A stretch of 45,623 nucleotides of DNA, the filler included, from Sphacelaria rigidula (lineage: Eukaryota), in NCBI GenBank assembly GCA_964200075.2. It is 2 parts of 2 records of this genome, joined end to end, with 100 filler letters (N's around TTAATTAATTAA, not from the genome) between each part and the next. Parts side by side here need not be neighbours in the genome. Positions count along the whole stretch, not along the records: positions 1 to 22,764 come from CAXNAA020000311.1; 1 more part is not named here. One strand, written 5' to 3'. Of this stretch, positions 1 to 11,523 are shown in pieces (the first letter of the stretch is position 1; each line of letters begins with the position of its first letter). A model generated the notes under the pieces. That model had not been told where the DNA came from. It worked only from the letters and a program-made list of their open reading frames with translations, and searched no databases. The position numbers were made by a program, and so were the translations under genes.

Positions 1-76
1 TGTTAGCGGCTTGTTTTACAGCGACGTTGCCACTCGACGCCAACCCAAGAGTCTAGAGGTGAGGGGAGGGGAGGGG

Positions 77-365
77 GTACTCATCTGTTGCTTGCCTTGA
101 TCGTTTGGCCATTCATCACGCACCCCTTTCGAGACGGAGCACGGTTCCTACTCCTAATAGGGACAACTTTAGTATGCTGGCGCTCATCGCGTTTCTTTCA
201 TTTATCACACAAAAGACTTTTACATATCTTGTCCCCGTCCTGTTTCGCCTTCTGTGGCCACCATTTATCTCCTAGTATAGCCACCGTTTTCTTGTCACTA
301 TCTGATGCGTCAAACGATTTCATCCCACCTTCTTTCACGTTTCGCTCCTCCTTGTATAGTTCATA
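77..365 (-). mobile_element. 5'-truncated 3' end of a LINE (non-LTR retrotransposon)
   Basis: The minus strand reads ELYKEERNV..DSDKKTVAILGDKWWPQKAKQDGDK and ends ...GCAAGCAACAGATGAGTAC followed by a C-rich tract. A closely similar block lies at 26341-26625 and shorter copies at 11437, 22723 and 26022. Confidence 0.75.
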
Positions 366-1099
366 TTGGAAGAGGTGGATAATGCATGACATAAACGTCA
401 AGAACTACTGCACCCATGAAACAAACACCTTACCGATGACCGATCACATGGCCAGCGAGAGGGAGCACCAAGCGGTACGTAGACTTCTTGAGATCTTGAA
501 GAATAGAATCTGGCACAAAGTGTGGGGGAATCGTTGGCCAAGCTCTCGGCAGCGAAGATCTCCTCGGAAGCAGAGGTGGAGTAACACCCATGGCGAACCG
601 TACACAGAGTGGGAGGAAGTGATGATGTACGGGATATCCCGATGTGTGAGTAAGACCTTGTGTTATGCAAGCCGTCCTTGATCCTTACACGGTGAAAAGT
701 GACCTCCCCCGAGGAAAGTAACCAGTACAGTTGCGGGGCAAAAAGGTAAAAGATACGATCGTGGGACGCCTCGATGAGTCATCAGGCAGATTGCTTGGCA
801 CAAACATGGGGTACTTGTGTCAAGGGTGTTTGACTCCAGGCTACGAGCCCGTGTTGGAGGCATTATTTTGTGTCGGTGAGCCAGCAAAAGAACTGAAAGG
901 CACCAGACCCCCAACAAGTACTGGTATTGGGATAGCCCAGTGCCTTGACTATTACCCACCACAGTACTTGAAACGAACAAGCTGGAGGTACTCTCGAAAG
1001 AGATCGAGAGAGACGGTAAGGAAGGGTGGATGGAAACGTAGAGAGTGGACTGGTGAAGTACCACTAGTGTTGGTATTCTGAGTCCGTAGCGATATGACG

Positions 1100-3600
1100 A
1101 GAATAGAGTGTAAAAGGAAATGCAATGAAGTTGGACTTTATTGTTCGGCGGTAGGAGAAGTAAAAAGGGAGGGAGAACACTTCTGGGTCGAGCTATAACA
1201 GAGCGCGAGCAAGAAATTTGAGAGGATGCGACAAAGAAGGTGTCGGCGTGGGTTGGGAGGGTAGGATGGAGGCTATGTGTAGTCAATGGAACGGCAAACC
1301 TAAGACGTAGTCCGCGAGTACACGGAGGAAAGGAGATGCAGGAACAAATAAGTGCACGGAAGGGGAAAGGGAGGGGAAATAGCGGCCCAAAGCAAATAGA
1401 CAAAGGCCAAACCGGAAACGGGAAGAAGAATTAAGCAAGGGAAGATATAAGTATAAACGACGGAGAGAGCACAGTAGACAAAAGGAGAATGGATAGTGAA
1501 GAACACGAATGCGTAGAGATGCTGAAGTAACAGCGAGATGAAGGCGGGGAACGATAGAGCACAAAAATCAAAGACGCAACATACATGGACCAGACAATGC
1601 AAGGGAAAATAGTCGGGAAGCTCCACTCTTGACTATGTAGTGGTAGAATATGGATATAGTAAGGAAATTAATGTGCATGGATGCGCAGAGGACGTGGAAA
1701 CTACAGATCATTGCTTATTTTGGACAGCCCACAGACAAGAGCCATAAGAAACAGGCGGGGTAGGAAGTTGTACAAATGGAGAATAGATGAACTAGAGATA
1801 CAAGAAAAACACCAAGAGTTCCAAGAATAGGTCTTAAAAAATGTGGTGAAAATTCTCCGAATTGTAGGAGAGCGTAGGTACAGTGAATACCGAAATGGAA
1901 AGATATCGCGCAGGAGCGAAGATTGTATAAGGGTGAGAGATTTTGGTCAAGGTCACGACAAGCAAAGCCATAAGACACTAATCGTACGCAAGAGAGCAGT
2001 AAAATGGCGGGATAAGGAAGTAAAACAGGCTTCAAGAGTATGGAGAGAGGCACACGCAAGATATATGTATATACATATATATCGAGTACAACTATCGTAG
2101 GGTTGGAGGAGTATATGAAAGCTAGAAAAGAGGTAAAAAAGATGGTGGAGAAGAAAAAGAAGGGAATATAGGAAGGTTTAGTGAATCTAAAAATGAAGAT
2201 TTTGATGGCGGGATGACGCAAATGGGGCTAGAGATAAAAGGGATCATGGGAATTTTCCGAAGTGTTGGGGGAGGGATTGATTACCATGGTGGTAATGCTG
2301 TACAACTAGATACGTGAAAACGAGTACACACCCAAGAGATGGAGAGAAGGAGCGGTAGTCAATCTTTTTTAGATTGGAGACAAGGCTGACCCAGGGAATC
2401 ATAGAGGGATAACGCTACTGTCCACCGCGGGAAAAACGCTCTATAAGATTCTGAATGATAAGGTGGAACGATGCTTGAGAAGGAAGGAAAAATCGGCGAA
2501 GGGCAAGCAAGTTTTAGACCAAACCGTAGTTGCGTAGACTATGAGTACACAGTAGGTAAGCTTATTCAAGGTAGGAAAGACGCCGGGCTAACAACATACA
2601 GTTTTTTTCTAGACGTACAAGAGGCCTATAACTCAGTATGGAGACATGGGCTGTGGAAAAACTTGTAGGAAACAGGGACAGGGGTAAAATGTGGAGAACG
2701 GTGACGAAGATGATGTAATGTGCCAAAAGTGCCATGAATCTAGACGCGGGCATATCGAAATATTTCGATATCTTACAAGAAGTTGCACAAGAATGTACGC
2801 TATCACCCACTTTATTCAAAGTGTTTATTAATGTCCTGACAACAGCAATAGAAACAGCAAAGCAAGGAGACAAGGTGGTGTACTCAGGAGACAAGGTGGG
2901 GGAAAATACGGTATCGAGAATGATGTTCGCGGATGCTTTCGTGGGGATATCAGAAACACCAGAAGGATTGCAGAAGCAATTAGAGAAGGCGCTAAAATAC
3001 AGTAGGGAATGGAGAGTGACAGCAAACGTAAACAAATGCGGGGTACCTTTATGTATCGGAGGGTTCAGATGGAAGTGGGGAGAAGAGAAATTGCCGGTCG
3101 TGGACTAGTATATATACCTTGGCGTAGAGATGCAAAACAACAGTCCTTGGGATACATACATGGAGAAAGTAAAAGAAAAGACTGAAGCACAGATAAGCAA
3201 GATGGACGTGATCCTACGAGGTTCGCACCTGGATGAATATGGAAGAAAGTGACGAAAGGGCAGGCTGGAGTAAGGTGGGATGGGGTAGTCGAAAAAATAT
3301 GGGAGGGGATAGGAGGAAACAAAGACGAGATAATGTCCATGCGTGAATGCTGCAGGTACAAGACAAGAGTAACAGACATGATAGAAATAAGTGCAAAGGA
3401 AGCGCTAGGACGGAAAGTAGACGAGGAGAAGCACCTGCAGATATACGGGGGCTGAGGGAGGGGATAAGGATGAAAGCATATATGCATGGCCCAATGGACT
3501 CCGCGGGAAAAATTGAAACTGCGATTCCGGATGGGAAACCTGGACCTTACAGAAAAAAGGAAGAGGTATACCAGCAGTCGACTGGAGAAGAAAATATATG
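1100..3600 (+). mobile_element. Degenerate LINE ORF2 (AP endonuclease + reverse transcriptase) with many stops and frameshifts
   Basis: Endonuclease C-terminal motif STLDYVVV...TTDHCL at ~1620-1720. RT motifs GDKADPGNHRGITLLST (~2375-2430), GQASFRPNRSCVD...FFLDVQEAYNSVWRHGLW (2471-2668), QECTLSPTLFKVFIN...MFADAFVG (2734-3108) and Y.YLG at ~3110. The 5' boundary is approximate. Confidence 0.9.
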
Positions 3601-4097
3601 CACTAAAATAGCTTGCACGTATGTCGTGGGTTCGAGTCCTGTGTTATTAATAGTCAGATATTTCCAGTAGTTCCAATTTCCTACAGTGTGAAGGTGTGAG
3701 TGAGCAATATAAAGGGTATAGACGGGAGTGGAGGAGCTGCGGGAGTGCTGATCTGATATGCGATAGTAATATCTTCAGCGAAGCACGTTAGCTGGGGACA
3801 GATGGGGTGGTTTCTTAATATTAGATTGTGAAATGGTCCTGCCAAAGCGTGGGGAAGGGTTAAAATGATGACGGAATATGAAGAAGTACAGGAATTCATG
3901 TGAAGAACACAATTAACAACTTGTGCACTTGTAAAAGATGTTGTCGGGTGTTGCTGTTCTCTTCATTGTATCCTCGTTGTTGTGGATTGTGTCCTTTCAG
4001 TCACATCTTGTGTCATCCATTCCCTTGTTTTCCATTATCATTTTATCTCTACTTTTCTCTCTGTTTCTCCTCCACTTTTGTTGTTTACCCCAAACAG

Positions 4098-4312
4098 CTG
4101 ACTCCAAGATAAACGTTCCATCGGGATCGAAGACAGTCAAGATGTACAAGGCCATCGAAAACGTTAACACTGCACTCACGGCCGCCGAGGCAGCAGGGCT
4201 TCGAGTGGTGAACATCGGAGCTGCCGACATCATCAATGGCAGGCCGGCCAGCATTCTGGGGCTGTCGTGGCAGCTCATTCGGGTACACATACGGACACAG
4301 ATGGAGCTCAAG
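4098..4312 (+). pseudogene. FIM: Fimbrin/plastin exon, calponin-homology CH1 domain; probably part of a decaying gene copy
   Basis: The translation ..KAIENVNTALTAAEAAGLRVVNIGAADIINGRPASILGLSWQLIRVH..ELK matches the fimbrin CH1 signature ENxNLALNSAKAIGCxVVNIGAxDLxEGxPHLILGLxWQII. Pyrimidine tract + CAG acceptor at 4095-4097 and GT donor at 4313. Phase 1 to phase 0. Confidence 0.85.
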
Positions 4313-4885
4313 GTATATGCAAACATGTTTCGATCAACCAGCATGAAAGAGTGCTGCAAAACGTTGACAGCTGACTGTCTTGTGCCGTAATGCACCCTAC
4401 ATCGCCCCCTCGCAGGACAATTTGTTGTTTCCTTTTGTTCCGTACATTGACCGATACAAGGACGTAAAGCTACTTGTCATGCCTGAGGGTACTGCATCTT
4501 GTGGGTGTTACTTTACTCTTCCATTCCTTTTTCCCAGACCATACGGAAGTAAGATCATACCCAACTGTCATACTCTTTATTCACCTGGAACCATTTATTT
4601 CCTAGCTGGCCGCGACAATCAACTTCATAATTCAACCAATTTGAAATGTTTGCGCCAACACTTTTGGTGAGCTTGTCGAGGTGTACTTGGGGCTTGGTCA
4701 CAGTGGCTTGAAACTAGGGCAGAAAAGTTCCGAGAATGACGGGGTAAGGAGTTACCATGAACGATTGGATCATGTCTCCCTCAAGTACAAGAATAATGTC
4801 GCATTACACCAACAAGCAAGCAGAGTTGAAGTCCACACGTAAAGACGCAACACCAACGTCACCACGTCCCGTTTTGATGACCGGG

Positions 4886-4912
4886 ATGTATCATGTATCA
4901 TGTATCATGTAT
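4886..4912. repeat. (TGTATCA)n short tandem repeat, possibly a retroelement 3' tail
   Basis: atgtatcatgtatcatgtatcatgtat is directly visible. Confidence 0.8.
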
Positions 4913-6764
4913 GCTGCCGATCATCCCACGTGAGCCCTAGACACTGTCACCAGTAGCCTGTCGCGCTCTATGTGTGCTCTCGAGGTTGCCTGTTCTGGCG
5001 TATTTCCACAAATGCTGCGTTTCTAGTACAGTATACACCTGTGCGTGTCATTTCGGTCAAGTAAACGAAGCGAAGAGCCGCGGTATTCGGGTGGTCTGCT
5101 GTAGTGTATAACCGATATAATAAGTAGAGCATACTGAAACCAAGAGATCTTTGATAACAACTGCACGATTCTCAAGCTCGTACATCCCTCGCGGAAACGT
5201 GGGGTAACAGGTTATGCTGAAAGCGATAGCGGTGGATATGTAGAGTCTCCTGAAATTATAGCCCAAAGGTACACAGGAGCGTAGGTTGTTGCCAGGCATC
5301 TTCTCACCAAAATGGTTGAAAAAAATAGGCGGTTTTTCAACACTAATACAAGGGTACACGATATATATATATATGTACATATACCTTCTTCATCTATGTA
5401 CCTAGTTTCTAATGTTGGACCTCTCAGGGAGGGGGGGGGGGGTACCAGACCATCATGCCCCTTCCCCCCTCAACGCTACACCGACTCCTATATGAACCGA
5501 TCCTATACATCCTGTACGAAATGGGGGTGGCGTCGGAGGGGGGCCATCCCCCCTGATGAGCGCGGTATACTCGTGATCTTGCATGCCATAGTCATGAAAC
5601 CATTGATATCGCATCTTTACAAAGCCGGGACGGAGCACGCCGGATTTTCGCCGGACCAGACTCGCAATCAATTACCAGGCTAAAGGCACCATGATGTTCT
5701 CGGCAAGTCGCATGAAGGGTGAGCTGCATCCTGATAAAATTGTTTCGGCCCGAAGCCTACTACAGAAAATGGCTTGCATGTCAAGGACAGCCTCGAATTA
5801 GTTGCTTCATTTTCTGGTATCCCCACTTCCAGGGATAGTCATGGCTTACACCGCCTCCTGGGTGTCACCATTTGAACGCTACGCAGTACGATCATCTCCG
5901 TTGCGCGGAGGTGACGTTCTGTACCTCGCGCAATATCATCTCGCTCGACCACCATCATGGTCAATGCAAACAGAAGCACAAGCGAGGAAAAAAACAGTAG
6001 CCTGGTTGCCTAGCTTACGCATTGGGTGGCATGTTTCACACCGTCGTTGCCAACCAGCGCCAACCCTCAAAAGGGGGCCCTCCGGTGGGGGTAAGAAACA
6101 TGGCGGTGCGGCAAACATATTTCTTCGTGCACCCTTGACCAATAACGAAGGGAAACGAGGAATACCCCGAGAACGCGAGGTGAGCGTATCCAATCGACTG
6201 TTGTTGCCCACCACGTTACCCTACGACCGCTGTTTCGGTTGTTGAGGCAAATAGATCCCAGAAGTGCAACCCGCTCCGTTGTCATGGGCGCAGCTGTTCC
6301 GTTGAGAGGTGTGAAGTTCAATTTTTTGGAGTGTAAATCCGAAACCGCCAGCGGTAGCTATTAGAATTGTATGTCTCGTGAAAGGAGCACATGATACTCA
6401 CATGTGATTGCTCGATTGCTGGGGTTCGAAGCAAAAAGCACGCTACAATATCTCGCTTTGACAAAAAAAGTATATGATGTGTTGGTTTTCGTTCGTTTTT
6501 TTATCACACTTTGAACCCCTCCCCTTCCTCGGGTGAGTCCATGGTCACAAGGGATCAAGTCAACCCATCTCTCCCCCGGTACGTTCCTTATATTTTGGTA
6601 TCGCGGATTGAATCATGACCATCAGGACTCTCCCATCGTGCTGACTGTCGTCTAACATACTCAGTCAAACATATATATATATACATATATATATTTCTCC
6701 TCAAGTCCTGACGCTTTCAACAAGGGAAGTACGATATCTGTACAAAAAGTCCAAATTGAATGTA

Positions 6765-6845
6765 TCTGGTGCGAATCGAATCCACATTCTTTCTGGCCTA
6801 ACGGTAATGGTATACATTGTGCCATTAGAGCACCGGGGCGCGGCG
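6765..6845 (-). mobile_element. tRNA-derived SINE head
   Basis: Minus strand CGCCGCGCCCCGGTGCTCTAATGG...GGATTCGATTC has A-box/B-box-like motifs and resembles the heads at 20250 and 24546. Confidence 0.55.
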
Positions 6846-6924
6846 GCATCGCATATGTATATATTTCGTTTGTGCCCTATCTCTGAATCTCCATGCTATT
6901 CTGCCCTTGTTGTTGCTCTTGCTT

Positions 6925-6995
<71 letters not shown>
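6925..6995. repeat. (GTT)~23 microsatellite followed by short (CTTCTG)n
   Basis: Directly visible. It explains the poly-V/C/L/N ORFs in the track. Confidence 0.97.
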
Positions 6996-7053
6996 CTCCT
7001 GCTTCTGCTTCTGCTTCCGCTTCTGCTTCCCATCGATCGAAAACAATCTTCAG

Positions 7054-7170
7054 GTGGCCTCCGGACAGGTCGGTGTGACCTCCGATTGCATGGCCAACCT
7101 GGACCCGATCCAGTCTAAGATAGCACAGGGCGCTCGGCCAACAGAGGGTGACGAGCTGCCTGGTTCCAAG
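7054..7170 (+). pseudogene. GLT1: Glutamate synthase (NADH-GOGAT-type, FMN-binding domain) exon relic 1
   Basis: [39 protein letters not shown] vs the conserved VASGRFGVTxxYLxNADxxQIKMAQGAKPGEGGELPGxK. CAG acceptor and GTGAGG donor, 117 bp, phase 0-0. Several invariant residues are substituted. Confidence 0.9.
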
Positions 7171-7314
7171 GTGAGGGTATTCGTTGTCTCAAGGTACTTT
7201 TTCGAAGTCATATTTTGGTCTCTATTATTCGAATGAGGTCGAATTGGGGTGACGACTTTGATCAACTGCGACGTGTGTCAAGTATCTTTTGTTTGTCTTA
7301 TGACCAGGATGTAA

Positions 7315-7606
7315 CAGTGTTTTCGTGAAATTGAGAATAGAGGATGCGATTGAGTGTGAAAAGCGGTGAATTAGTGAATGAATCGTTTCAATTCCGAAAT
7401 GCCCCTCCACTAGGCCCAATGTGCTTTCTGTAGTAGCTTGCCACTGAGGCCCTTAATACCCCTGAGTAGGATATCGGCGTGTAGCCGTGAGCTCACGCAA
7501 ATGATAGAGGCAAAGAAAAGCACACACGGAATGAACATTGGCTAAGTTAAAGCGAGGGATCAAAGCCACTCTCAATCAGCGCTCTACTCTCAATCTCACG
7601 AAAATG
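7315..7606. mobile_element. MITE with degenerate TIRs, same TIR family as the 29487-44409 element
   Basis: CAGTGTTTTCGTGAAATTGAG.. at 7315 and the inverted ..CTCTCAATCTCACGAAAA at ~7587-7604. No clear TSD. Confidence 0.65.
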
Positions 7607-7869
7607 TTTTTCTGTGTGGCTCGAAAGTTCATGAAATCAGACTGCTGTGCAGGACGGTTGTTTTTGCGAGAAATGCTGTTACCTCTGTACATGCAGTGCT
7701 CGCATGCATCACACATCTACCTCGTACGTTCAATCTTGGATCTGTCTCCCAGATGGCCCCGGATTACGTACATCACGTAGAAACATCATATATGTTTCTG
7801 TCGATATGAACCCGAAAGCTATCGCGATGCCGCTCGTACGTGAATGTACCCTCAATTGTCTCACGACAG

Positions 7870-8124
7870 GTGACCACGCACATGGCCGAGAATAGGCACA
7901 CCACACCCGGCGTGGGGCTCATCTCGCTTCCGCCCAACCATGACACTCACTCCATCGTGGACTCGACCCAGCTCATCCACGAACTGAGGAACGCCAACCC
8001 TAACAGGGAGGTGTCCGTGAAGCCGGTGTTCGAGGTTGGGGTGGGTGTCATGGCTGCTGGTGTGGCAAAGGCGAAGGCCGTTCACATGACGGTGTCTGGA
8101 CATGACGGCGGGACCGGAGCGGCG
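7870..8124 (+). pseudogene. GLT1: Glutamate synthase (FMN-binding domain) exon relic 2
   Basis: [44 protein letters not shown]...[29 protein letters not shown] vs the conserved [36 protein letters not shown]...[22 protein letters not shown] acceptor and GTGAGT donor, 255 bp, phase 0-0. It continues relic 1 directly. Confidence 0.92.
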
Positions 8125-8740
8125 GTGAGTGTTCATGCTTGTCTGTTCGTTTTGCATTTTTACTCCGATTTGTCTGTCCTTCTGGAAAGTCAAAGAAGGA
8201 TGTTTGAATTCTCATAGAGTAGGTAGCTTAGTTTTGAGGCGTTTTATGTTTTGGTTTTCGTTGATCTTTCGTCTTGTTTCGTTTTATGACGTGAACAAGA
8301 GCGCCGTACGTTACGTTTGGAAGTGAGTACTTGGTTAGTTTCTCCTTCTTCATCACCATCCCCTTCTTATTATTGTTGATGTCTGCGGCGATGTCGTGAA
8401 CGTAAGCAGCAAGTGAAACGGAGCGGGTACACACATCACCGGTACGAGAGCAGGTAGACAGACTACGGTGTCTCGCGGACGACGGGAGAACGGGCGACGG
8501 GCGACGGGGTTGAAAGCATAGCGCTGTGTGGCTCGTCCGAGAAGCCCATGGTTTATACACGTGATGTGATCGCTGCATTGTTGGGATCCGAAACAAACGC
8601 GAAAAAGTAAAATAAATCGTTGTACGTGATGTCATCGGCCAGGGTAGGAGTACATACCGAGAGACGAGAACACGGGTACTGCAGCAACACGAACGAATGT
8701 ATCCCCTTTTGTTTCCCTTGTCCTGCGTGTGTCGTGTCAG

Positions 8741-8847
8741 CCATGTCCGAGCCCGATCAACCTGTCGGGGGATGACAAATCAAGGGCGAAGTCCTTCGCG
8801 CTTCCTGTAGAGGATGTGTTTCCGCGCTGGTTCAACAACCACATCAG
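8741..8847 (+). pseudogene. FIM: Fimbrin exon (CH1-CH2 linker and start of CH2), degenerate
   Basis: PCPSPINLSGDDKSRAKSFALPVEDVFPRWFNNHIR vs fimbrin xxPELxxLLxxxExxEELxxLPPExILLRWxNYHL. CAG acceptor in phase 0 (matches the donor at 4313) and GT donor in phase 2. Confidence 0.75.
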
Positions 8848-9321
8848 GTATTGTAACATTGCGCATATTTTCAACTTGAACTCCTCGGGCGCTATGGTGC
8901 AAATGTGGATCCCCTCAGATGGATCCATCTATTCGGACCGCGGAAATATTTGGAAAACCATTGCTTTATTTGTTTTATCATCCCCCTCCCCCCCCCCCTC
9001 CCCTCCCCTCGCGCCCATCTGAATAACCCCCCGGGTTGCGCGTGTTTGGCAATTTCTGGTTGTTAGTATATAGGCATCTGTAGTGCTGTGACGGCGTACT
9101 TTGTACATCAGCCCCCCTTGGATGTCACTTCCTGGTGAGGAGATAAGGTGCCCAACACCTTCATCACCTGGGGCTGTGTACACCGTATTCTACTGGAAGA
9201 GTTCTTTGTAAGACATGTCTCGGTTGTACTGTGTAGCACCTTGCCTCTTCACCCCAAGCACGCGGTGTTCCAAGCCCGTCGACCCGACGTCCAGCCGGCG
9301 ACCTGGACGCTCAAAGGGTGA

Positions 9322-9699
9322 TTGTTTACACCGGACAACTACAACTAATAACTATTTCCGTGCAAACAAGTAGTCGTACTCCGTCAGGAACCGTTACAAC
9401 TAGTTGCGAGCAAAAGAGTATTCGGTCAGGGATTTTTTCAACTAATTGTTTGCAAACATTTACTCGATTAGAAGCCCGTACAAGGAGTTGTTTGCAAATA
9501 TTACTCGTTCAGATACCCGTACAACTAGTTGTCTTCAGGCAATTTCTCCGTCACAAATCTGTACAACTGGTTGCGTGCCAACAACTATTCTGTCAGAAAC
9601 CTGTACAACAAGTTATCGAGCATCCAAGTACGTCGAAATACTACTAATAGTTGTGACGAGCAACGACTCAGTTATTAGTTGTTCGGGGTGTGTAAACAA
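9322..9699. mobile_element. MITE-like element with TIRs and internal ACAACTAGTT repeats
   Basis: TTGTTTACAC..ACAACTAATAACT at the left end and AGTTATTAGTTGT..GTGTAAACAA at the right end are reverse complements. Repeated CGTACAACTAGTTG-like motifs lie inside. Confidence 0.7.
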
Positions 9700-9853
9700 A
9701 ATGCGGCAGCCGAAAAAAAAGCGATGATGCTTGCTCGATCTATCGTGTGTCCGGGAACAAGACATTGTCTGAGTTGTTTCTATAAAGTAGGGGTTCGACC
9801 CGAACTATTACTATACTCGTCCTAGAGCTCATGATGACTAACGACGTTTCCGT

Positions 9854-10061
9854 CGATCTCAAGCGCCTCCATCGCGTGAACCCGTCTTGAGCGGCTTTCA
9901 CCATCTCTGTACGCCCAGAGCGCTAAGCGAAGACGCCATTTTGCCCCCTTTCGGTGTTACGAGCTAAGCAGCAGAGGTCGCTTTCGCTCAGCGCTGTGCC
10001 CCTTAAGAGCTGGTGAAAGCCGCTGAAGAAGCGTCCACGCGATCGAGGAGCATTATGATCG
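9854..10061. ncRNA. Long imperfect hairpin, candidate intronic miRNA precursor
   Basis: Arm 9854-~9936 pairs with ~9979-10061 (e.g. AGCGGCTTTCACCA / TGGTGAAAGCCGCT; ATCGCGTG / CACGCGAT). The mismatches are scattered and mostly 1x1. No expression evidence is available. Confidence 0.5.
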
Positions 10062-10243
10062 CAAGTATGCCACCGGCTGCACTTAGCTTCAGGTTACGGA
10101 AAGCGCTGATGTGAAGTTGAACCTCATTTTGGGGGGAGTGTCTTCCCACGTGCGTGCATCTGTTCTTTTCAACGGTACCTTTCTTGGGTTGTCAAATTGT
10201 GATCGTGTGCGTACCTGTTTCCCTGTTGGTGTGCGTATCACAG

Positions 10244-10293
10244 GTGGGGAGCGAGCGAGCGGAGAGTATCGAACCTCTCGGAAGACCTGTCGG
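10244..10293 (+). pseudogene. FIM: Fimbrin CH2 mini-exon
   Basis: The phase-2 start joins the 8847 donor to give ..NHIR-WGASERRVSNLSEDLS, matching fimbrin AGxxRRVxNFSxDxKD. CAG acceptor at 10241-10243 and GT at 10294. Confidence 0.6.
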
Positions 10294-11436
10294 GTGGTTG
10301 CTGCTCCACCATCCTCTTGAAGGTACGACCGAGAGTCAATTGTACCTTTTTGGTGTCATGTTGGAGGCAAAGTCTCGACTTCATTGTCCGCGCCCACGTG
10401 AAAGTGCATGTGCTCGCTAAGACAACTGAAGGTGCAGTCTGGTCTTCGTTGTCCCCTTTTGACATCACGTGCAGTCCCCATTGAGTTGCTCAGTGGCCCT
10501 CATTAAGGTGCCGTTCAGAATGCTGAGTACAGGTTCGCGTCATGTGTAGTACAGTGCGGTAAGGTAGAATCTAGCGTGTACTTTCTACCGTGCCTAGCGT
10601 CCACCCACCATGAAGGCAGTCTAGGGTTGGATATACATCTTTATGCCGCCAACTGTACTGCACAGTACTGTTTTGGTTGTGCTCTCCTCAAGTTGCTTCA
10701 TGTCCCTCCCTCACACACGCACACTCTACAGCTATGTTTATCTGGTTGACGATGCTGAAGCGAGGCGGGTACCATATTCAGCCGTTCAGTCGTACCGCGG
10801 AGATGCATCATGTATCTTGGCCACCCTGTCCACTGCACATCGATTTCATGTACCCCATGTGGCACATATGCCGCAGCAAAACAATAGCTCAGGTCACCGT
10901 GCATTTGACCGGTACGTTGTATATCACCCCTTCGCTTCCTTTGAAGAATATTTCCGGTCGATAAAGTTTCGGCCATTTTTGGTGGCATTCAGCACCTACC
11001 GTACCGTACTCAGGTACGTTGTTTATCGCCCCCTAGCTCTGACTATCACCCCCGTTTGATGAGTGTTCCGTCCTCAATTCTTAGTCACCCGAGGGCTGCA
11101 CACACAACCTACGGCACTTTGAATCCAAGCGGGACGGTTGTTCGAATGCCCAATCGCGTTCGTCATCACGGTACACAAGAAGTACAGAGCAGGAGGGTAT
11201 GTGTATACCCTCTTTATGATTCATGCCATCATATTGACTCGCAAACCGTTGGTTACGGCGTTCTGGGTAAGACGGTTTAGGAGCAATAAGTTATCACCCG
11301 GGGGTGGTTATTTTGGCAGGAATGGTATTCTACATACCCTGGTACAGTACCGTAGTGCTGGTAAGGTGCTGAACATAGCCGAGACGTATTGCCCCGGAGT
11401 TGTTATCCGGGCGGGCGGGCGGGTGGGCGGGGGGGG

Positions 11437-11523
11437 GTACGCATTCGTTGTTTGCTTTAGTCGTTTGACCATTGACCATGCATCACTTTCGAGACAGAGC
11501 ACCGTTCCTACTCCTAATAGAGA
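11437..11523 (-). mobile_element. LINE extreme 3' end fragment
   Basis: Same motif as 77-160 and 26341-26425, with G-rich tracts on both sides. Confidence 0.75.

Noticed and set aside
400-1100. Possible LINE ORF1 upstream of the endonuclease
   Set aside because: Purine-rich and plausible by position, but no recognisable motif supports it.
6756-7078. Poly-Val/Cys/Leu/Asn ORFs
   Set aside because: They are translations of the (GTT)n microsatellite.
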